Shown: in pieces, positions 56,220 through 64,000 of the stretch
Layout: each line of letters starts with the position of its first letter
Position numbering within the stretch: position 1 is the first letter of the stretch
Notes under the pieces: generated by a model
Database searches by the model: none
What the model was told of the DNA's origin: nothing
What the model saw: the letters and a program-made list of their open reading frames with translations, nothing else
Virus record (IMG/VR): IMGVR_UViG_3300021256_000003
Coordinates: 1 to 64,000 of that record
Strand: one strand, 5' to 3'
Length of the DNA stretch: 64,000 nt
Source of the DNA: a virus
Lineage: Duplodnaviria > Heunggongvirae > Uroviricota > Caudoviricetes
Made by a program: the position numbers and the translations under genes

Positions 56220-56441
56220 ATGATTACTATTGAAGAGTCTGTTTTAAGAAATCTTTTATTGAAAGAAAAAGAACTTGACTGGGTAAAAGAATATGCTATT
56301 TATAATGGTAATATTTGGAATCTAGACAAGAAGGTATCAGATTATATTCTTAAGCAATCTAAGAAATTTCCGAGTAAAATTACTCCTGAAGATTATGCTG
56401 AACAAGAACTTAAAAAGTTTATGGATGGAACTCAAGAATAA
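56220..56441 (+). CDS. hypothetical protein
   Basis: 73 aa ORF. Confidence 0.35.
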   Translation: MITIEESVLRNLLLKEKELDWVKEYAIYNGNIWNLDKKVSDYILKQSKKFPSKITPEDYAEQELKKFMDGTQE

Positions 56442-56745
56442 TCATCTTGATATTACAGACTCTGAAGTTATGTATCTAAAATATTTAGGAATTATTCATG
56501 ATGATACTGATGTTAGAGAACATAATGTTGGAGAAAGTAATTATTCTAAAAATGTTATACAACCTTGGAGTATATGGTTAGATTATCCTGAATTAACTCC
56601 TTTTGATTGTGATATTATAAAACGAGTATTACGCACTAAAGAAATTCCAGGAAAATCTAAAATAGAAAGTCGAAAAGAAGACTATGAAAAAGTAATCCAT
56701 ATCTGCCAAGAACGTTTAAGACAATTAAACTATACTAAAGAATAA
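56395..56745 (+). CDS. hypothetical protein
   Basis: 116 aa, the last gene of the plus-strand block. Confidence 0.4.
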   Translation: MLNKNLKSLWMELKNNHLDITDSEVMYLKYLGIIHDDTDVREHNVGESNYSKNVIQPWSIWLDYPELTPFDCDIIKRVLRTKEIPGKSKIESRKEDYEKVIHICQERLRQLNYTKE

Positions 56746-56752
56746 AATACAA

Positions 56753-56810
56753 TAAGCCCCTTGTAAGAAGCCTTAATGGTTTCCTGCAAGGGGCTTATTT
56801 TTTTATTTAT
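56753..56810. terminator. bidirectional terminator at the convergence of the plus and minus transcription blocks
   Basis: AAGCCCCTT...AAGGGGCTT 9-bp stem flanked by A/T runs on both sides, between the TAA of 56395-56745 (+) and the TAA at 56816 (-). Confidence 0.6.
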
Positions 56811-56815
56811 TATCG

Positions 56816-59800
56816 TTAATTTTCTCTCATTGATTGTAAGATGGGTTTAACTGTTCTGACCGCAGCCATATTTTCAGAAGTTGCATTTAATAATGTTTTC
56901 TCTCCTGTAAATACATCAAATCCATCTTCAATAACATTTCTAAGAGCACCAAAAGAATATGGTCTCCATTCAATTAATGGCTCACCAATAGAATTTATAA
57001 AATTAAAGTCTTGGAATGAACGTGTAATAGTTTGATTAATAAAATGAGAAGATACATAACTAATTGCATTACCCATATCTCCTTTATCTTTATTAAATTC
57101 CTTCTTTTCATCATCATCCCATTTTCCTAATAACAATGCTACTAAATGTCCAACAACTAACCACATAAACATATCTATTGCTAAATGCTTTAAGTTAGAA
57201 CGATAACAGGTTCGTAGATTATCGTTAGGATTATTCCATAATTCTTGCCAAGCTTCTTGATATCCATTTTCTTTAACAGAATCATAGAAGTGAGCTAGAG
57301 TTAATAAAATACCTTCTTGATGCTGTCCTTCCCAACGCCGTACTTTAACGCCACTACAATTAGGGTCATCAATAGTTACAAATCCTTTACTTAAATCAAT
57401 TTCTCCATTTTCATCTTTGGTATAATATAACTACTAACCATTCTCCTAATAATCCACAAATCTTCCTAATAATTTAGAACCACCAGGAGCAAGATATTGA
57501 TTCTTTTTAGCTGACCAATATGTTTTCATCTACATGTATAATCCGCCTAAAAACATATAATGTACAAGTGATTTATCTTCTTTATTATAATAACCATATA
57601 CATTATCGGCAATAGACTTCATACTTTGAGATTCTCTATTAGAATATGCTCTAGGTAAATCATCTCCAAGTTTAAATAAACTACCATCAGGATTTACTAC
57701 ACCTTCGTTAATAAACTCTTTTGCAGCAGCAAAATAACGAGCATAAGATTCACGTTCCTGCTCATTAAATTGACTTAAAGATTTGCCTTGCTTTTTGGCT
57801 TGGACATAATCTTTATAACGAGCATCTTTAGAGAAATCGTATATTAACTCACCATTATCATTTAAAGTATGAGCTTCAAAGGAACCATCACGTCTCATCT
57901 ATGCTTCAAAGATAGTCATTCGATTATAGTAATCAGGACGGGATGTAAAACGAAATGCTAAGTCATATACATGAGTAAACCATCCTTTGTCTGACGATAG
58001 TCTGTTTGCATACTAATCGGCGTCCATATCATTAATACCATATAACTCATTAATTCTTGACAATACAGTAGGAGTTAAATGACTGTGGAAAAGTTCAGTT
58101 TCAACATGTTTAGCAGAATCCCACATATGTTTAGATGTAAATGCATCAGTTCCATCTGGTTTCTTAATAATAAGACCTAAATTTTTCCAAATACCATCAA
58201 CTCTCTAATATGTCCATTGAACAGGGCTAAATCCTAATGCCAGCAAAGAGGCTACTGATCTGGCTCTACCAGTCAATCGCATTAATTTAGATATTTTATC
58301 ATCAGATAAGTTTTGATTGTGTACTTGTACTTTAACAATATTATCAAGATAATCAAGAGTATCTTTAAAGTTCTCTTTATCAGTAGGATTTATAAAGTTA
58401 CCTTGGTGAGCAATTGCAATTGCACACGCTTTCATTTTAATCAATTCAGAATCAAAAGCATTCTTTCTAGCATACTAATAAGAATGATTTAAGAGTAATG
58501 TTTCAAGATTATGCTCATAAGCATTAGCTCCATATTTACGAAGCATTCTCATTCGAGTAGTTTCATCGTTTCCAGCATCAAATACTACAGATGCTTTATA
58601 AATATCATTATTAGTTTGTTGTGTTTCTGCATCTGTAGATGCTATAAAATCCATAGTATTAGATAGGGCATTTTTAGGAGCTAAATTCTAAACTAATGTT
58701 TTTAATGAACCTAAAAGATTGTCAGTCTTTAATTTAGAACCAGTCGATGCAGCTAGTAAAGGAACTCGATAATATCTTCTATCACCAGAATTTTTCCACA
58801 TTTCTAAGTTAGCAGCATCCTTTGGCCATCTATCTCTGTTTATAGTATCAAGAACATACTCTAAGAACTTCTTTTTAACTCCTGTTAAAGTATTAGGATT
58901 AACAAAAACAAAATCTCCATCAGGAGTTACTTCTGTCATATCCATATATAAACTAGTTTGATTACTTAAGTACTCCTATACAGTATTAAACCCAACAGAT
59001 TCTTTTAATTCTTTTACATATTTATTTACTGTATAACTTTGTTTTAGAATAATATCTCTTACTTTCTAGTTTACATTTTTAACACTCACAGATACAGTAT
59101 TAAGCAGCTATGAACTAAAGTTACCAGGATTTTCAAGATTTAAACCTTCAGCACCTTCACGAAGAATTCTTCTAAACGTCTATAACCATTTGTCAGAATC
59201 TTTAGTTTGTTGTCTCATAATAACTCCATTAATGTCATTATAGGCAACAGCTGCTTGATTATATAATTGGATAATAGGATCAGCTAAAGAATTACTATCA
59301 CGAGCTACATTAATAGTTCTATTTGGGTAGAGTCTATTAATTGTCTACATTATATCCTCTAACTCACTTTTTATTTTTAAAGGATTTGTTTCTCCAGCCC
59401 AATCAAATCCTGCGCTTGTTAATTCTTTTTTAATTAAATTATATTCAGGAGCACCACTATTCATAATTTCATTTATTTTTAAACGAAAATAATCAAGTTG
59501 ACTTAATAACTTAATTTTACCAGAATTAAATTTATCTTCTTCAAGAAGACTATGTTTAATTAGAGCATTCCAGTTATATAAATATTCTGAATTATAAATA
59601 GGCATTAGTCTTTGAGTAGAAGGATTTAAAACATTAATACTTTCAAATTGAGGTGTTCCTGCCCAATCTAAATTATTAAGAACAAGCATAGCCTCCATTC
59701 CTTCAATATTGCCTCTATTGGCTTTTAAGATTAAAGAGTTAGCATTAGAAGACTCCTCAATATCTTTAGCAAATGATCCATTTATATTAGTTCTACCTTC

Positions 59801-61618
59801 AGAAAATTTATAATTGTAATGTAAATCTCCGTTTACAATTTTAAATGCGACACAAGCTTTAGTTTGAATATTTTGTAAAACAACTATTCCGAAGTTTTTT
59901 GCAGTAGGCAGATCAATCACTTCGTAATTACCTTTACAATAAGGCTTCATTAGGTTTTCTAGATTTGCTTTATCAAATCCAGAATCTTTAAATGAAGCAT
60001 ATCGATATTCAAATGGTTGCCCTGACTTTACTGCTTCGTTAAAACTATCAATAAACGCATCAACTCTTTGGACATTTCTATCATTTATAGAACGTAACTA
60101 TTCCTAGACCTTTTGTACTAACTAAACTTTAGCAAAGTCTAAATTATTATTTATCGGAATAACAATTGGATCGTCGCTATAAGGTGTTTTATATTCTAAA
60201 GTTCCTAAAGCAGTGGGCTCAAAAGCTTTTTCTTCTTTTAATTTTTCACTAACCTACTCTTCTGACATATTTCTATCAGTTAAATGGTTAGGAAACCAAA
60301 TAGCCATTTGTTTAGTGACTTTTTCAATTAAATTAGAAGAAGTAGCAGAAACTTTATTTTCTGCGGGTATAAATTTATCAAGAGTATCATTAATATTTTC
60401 AGAATTAACTTCTGTTAATACCTATTGGATAACAGGGCTATCTTCAGATAAATCATTCTGTTTATAAGATAGACCGTCATAAGTATAACTTAATTTTTCT
60501 GGATCAGTTTCACCAGTATCGTTTAAATGAAATCCCTTTAATGTAATAGGCACAATAATACATTGTCCACCTTGAGTATTAACTCCAAATTTTCTTAGAA
60601 TACGTTGATAAGTACCAAGCTATAAAGTAAATGCACGTTTCTTTGCAGAGTTATATTGGTCGTAGCTTTTTGGTGAAGTTTTATAGTCGACAATGTGTAC
60701 ATATCCATTTTCATCAACAACTAATAAGTCAATTACACCGTGTAAAGTATGACATCCTTTATACTCATTAATATCGCCAGCAATATCTAGTTCAGGAAAG
60801 AATCTAGCTTTCGCTCCGAATTTCTGCTGTAGATTTACACGAAAATCCTACAACATTTTAACCATTTCTAAAAACTAGGATTCACTAATAAGATCCCCTT
60901 TCTTTATAGAATGGTCATAAATACTTAAAGGATCAGATTTCCAACGTTCATATTGAAGTCTAGCATAATCTGGATTAGCAGATTCCTCTTCAAAAACATA
61001 TTTATCTCCATTTTTAGAAAATAACCATTCAGATACAGAGTGTAAGGCTGTACCTATCTAACCTTGTTGTTTCCATTTTCTTTCAATTACATCTTTCCAT
61101 TTATTGTATGTCTCATCAGAATATGTTTGTTCTGGATTTAGAGTAGTTCCAGGATCGCTTATAGCTAGATATTCATTAATAATTTGAATTTCGTCTTCAG
61201 TAAATGTTCCGGGATTAATTGTACCAGAGACTGTACGAGGTTTCCAAGCATCAAGTCTTCTATTCCAATATTCTTCACCTCTAAATTCAGGAGTAATTAC
61301 ACTACCATCTTCAGTACGGAATGCAGCGATAAATGCATTAACACCCATCACAGGAGGTTTCTCTTCAATATTCATAGTACCGTCATCAGCATATTCGACA
61401 GTGCGATTTTCATAATATTGTCTACTTTCTTCTTTAGCTCTTTTACCAGCTTCAGTAACAGCGCCTTGAATTAAAGATACATTAGTTGCTCCTGTAGCAT
61501 TCATTTCAAAAACTACATCGCCTATCTATTCCATTAAAGGAAGCTTTTCACAGATAAAATCTGCTAATTGAACTTCGTTTCCTATTAAATTTCCTTTATA
61601 AGTATATGTACATTTCAT
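56816..61618 (-). CDS. very large late (virion/structural?) protein, about 1600 codons, translated with TAG as a sense codon
   Basis: Six track fragments (56816-57172, 57530-57898, 58205-58444, 58688-58945, 59345-59950, 61058-61504) all share one frame. Each checked break is TAG: 57530, 57899, 58013, 58205, 58688, 59345, 61058 and 61526. It terminates with TAA at 56816-56818. The upstream limit is TGA at 61646-61648, giving a candidate start at ATG 61618 or 61534. Confidence 0.55.
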
Positions 61619-62673
61619 ATGCAATCTTCTCTTAATTCTCCGCGTTCAATTAATCTTTCTTTAGCATTTGCAATAATTCTATGTAATGCGGCATCGTCTA
61701 CATAAGATTGAAACTTATTTTGCATAGTTGAAGAATTAACCATTTGTCCTAAATTATATAAAGACTATTCACTCCAGATTTCTTTAGGCATGGCTCTTAC
61801 ACTATTATCACCCATTAGGATAGTATCTAAAGTTCTAGATACTTCATAATTTAGTTGATAAAGTGTTTCCTAGTCTAGATTATTTAAATAGCTTGGTAAT
61901 CCACTTAGATATTTAGAATATTCTTCTACGAATAATTCTTCAAGAACATCCATCTAGGATCTATTTGGATATAATTTAGCTCTTTCAGTTAACTGCTCGT
62001 TATTTTGGAGGGTCTACACTAAATTATAATAAGTATTTGGCTATTGAAATTTTATAGATCCAAGGAAAATATGTAAAAGCTCGTGAGTCGGAGAATGTAT
62101 ATCAGCTATATCAGTATTTACATAAATTTGTCCATTATATATAAAAGCACTAGCCCAATTAACTTGAGGGATATTGCCTAGAATTTCCTTTGCTTCATTA
62201 GTAGTAATTGAAGTAGTTTGAATGCCATAACATTTAGCTAACTTCTATAACTATTGTTCTATAAAAATTCTAGAATCCTCTGTAATAGTTTTAAGGTCAG
62301 TTTGCTTAAAATCCAGTGGATTAGGTCTATTATTTATAGATAACACCACCTAGTCATCTACAATAGAGTAATCTATTAATAAGTCTCGATATATATTATT
62401 TAATTGTTGTATAGCCTCTGCAACAGTTGAAGTATTAGTTAATTCAAGTAAGTTAGAAGCAGGTATAGAATCTAATTTAGAGAGGTGTAAGTTCTATCTT
62501 AATCCTTCTGATGAATCTATACCTCCCATCTCATCTAATTGAGGCCAACGTCCGTTATGCTCTTTTAGATATTGTATAACTTTATAACGTAAATTGGACT
62601 AGGAAAGTCCAGGGACCTTGTTTTGAAGATCCCTGAACTTATCTAATCCGGGTAATTCACAATATGTATTCAT
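61585..62673 (-). CDS. late protein (about 362 codons) with about 11 in-frame TAG codons
   Basis: ATG at 62671-62673 in the minus frame runs to TAA at 61585-61587. In-frame TAGs lie at 62602, 62494, 62350, 62245, 62251, 62041, 62014, 61954, 61870, 61765, 61582 and 61564. The translation is protein-like (for example NGRWPQLDEMGG). Confidence 0.5.
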
Positions 62674-62676
62674 TTA

Positions 62677-64000
62677 TTAACAGCCTTTACTTTCATTTTC
62701 AACTGTAGAGCGAACCACATCTCTTAACACTCTAACATCTAAAACTAACGATGCTCGTTTAGTAGGATTGCTATAATCAAATGCAGGACGAAGATATGAT
62801 GGAGAATCATTAATAAGTTTATTAATAACTTTTTGTCGAATTTCCTCTGTTGCTCCTAAAGATTCACCATTAATCGATGTAATCTTACCTGTACTTAAAT
62901 CAACAGTGGCAATCCATCTTTCATCGCCTTCTCCTGTAACTTGAGTAGTAACGTTTTCTCCTCTATAACCAGGATATATTAAATACTGATAATTCCAAGT
63001 CTGATGTTCTCTGTCTAATGACATTGTAACTGGAGAAAATTCTCTCCAATATTCATCATACGGTGTTATTGTTTCATCCTCTTCACCAATAATATCAGCA
63101 ATATCTTCATAGGATTCTTCTCCTATATCCATATCAGATGAAGCTTGTTTTCTTCTAGCCTCTTGTTCTTTAGCAATACTTTCTTCAGAGCGTTTTAATG
63201 TTGGACCTAGTCTATTTCTATCCTAAATCCATGCATATTCGCCTAATGTAGAATAACGACTGCGCTTCATAGCACACCAAGAAATAATTTCTGAATCAGA
63301 AAGATATACATCTCCAGTAGCATCCTTTTGTGCAATAAACGTATTATATTTATTCTGAAGATTACTATCAACGTAATCAAACATTGCCATTAAAGATTGA
63401 TGTCCTTTTGCTCCACCATAAACATACATTGAATATAAATAGAAGGCATCAGCAAAATTAGCTAAAGAATTACTAGTATTTGGAAGTTTAATTCCTCTTA
63501 ATAAATTAAACGCAGCAGCAATTTCTAATAGTCTAGATTCCTCTAAAGAGCCGTGTTTAGGCATTAAATCTACATCTAAACTAAATACTGAAGAAGCAGC
63601 TTTAGAAGGTAAGTTATTCATATCAACCATTCTTAAGTGCTTTACAAATTCATTGTCTGAATAGAATTTCTTTAAGAATGGAATTGCTACTACTTCCATA
63701 TAACGTTTAAATGAAGCTAACCCAGCTTCAGTTCCTAATGGTAAAACCATATTTTCATTAGAAGAAACTACTTTGATGTTCTATCTAAAACCAGGAGTTC
63801 CATTATATGTAAAATATTCAAATTGAGCAGGAATACCAAAAGTAATATTATCAGTAGATAACCACTCTAGTAAATATTTCATATTAATAGCTCTATTAAG
63901 ATTTCTGATGTAATTTTCTCTATCAGTATTATTTTGTAGTCCTAGTTTTCTGGACCACTCTTGAGTATTATAACGTTCAATGGCTCTAGCTCTAGAAGAG
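62677..64000 (-). CDS. late protein, 5' part beyond the window, TAG-containing
   Basis: Fragments 62677-63132 and 63223-63750 share a frame and are joined by TAG at 63223-63225. A further in-frame TAG lies at 63781-63783. Ends with TAA at 62677-62679. Confidence 0.5.

Noticed and set aside
56816-61618. Interpretation of the TAG-broken late genes as pseudogenes, or as intron-rich or frameshifted genes
   Set aside because: All breaks are the same codon (TAG) and the frame is maintained across every break. True ends use TAA, and the same phenomenon recurs in three adjacent genes and in a plus-strand HNH gene. Codon reassignment explains this far more parsimoniously than decay.
1-64000. CRISPR array, integrase/attachment site, or defence-system search
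   Set aside because: No direct-repeat/spacer periodicity, no tyrosine or serine recombinase motifs, and no obvious restriction-modification or abortive-infection signatures were seen. The window reads as lytic-type phage core genes.

Overview
This window reads as an AT-rich double-stranded DNA phage genome segment, probably a crAss-like or other Bacteroidales-infecting phage, though no database search was possible. A long plus-strand early/replication block (about 200-56700) converges on a minus-strand late block (56816-64000) at a bidirectional terminator (56753-56810). The plus block encodes a lysis-like cassette, a family B DNA polymerase, a DnaG-like primase, a DnaB-like and an SF2 helicase, an ATP-dependent DNA ligase, RNase H, a sigma-70 family factor, NrdD/NrdG/thioredoxin, ThyX, dUTPase, an RNA ligase with three metallophosphoesterases, a glutamine-amidotransferase/carboxylate-amine-ligase cluster next to a GatB/YqeY protein, homing endonucleases and at least 11 tRNAs. 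The central observation is that the minus-strand late genes are interrupted only by in-frame TAG codons, while genuine gene ends use TAA. That is the signature of TAG stop-codon reassignment (most likely to Gln, code 15). The same signature appears in a plus-strand HNH endonuclease gene. Other non-obvious features are a phage-encoded tmRNA (4032-4430), a probable group I intron carrying a GIY-YIG endonuclease that splits a P-loop ATPase gene (about 36402-37550), and a class II (Ser-like) tRNA with a Cys GCA anticodon. Two strongly GC-rich, host-codon-like genes, a tandemly duplicated two-gene cassette and two structured intergenic RNA candidates are also flagged. All calls rest on manual motif recognition and hand folding; coordinates of RNA genes are within a few nt.
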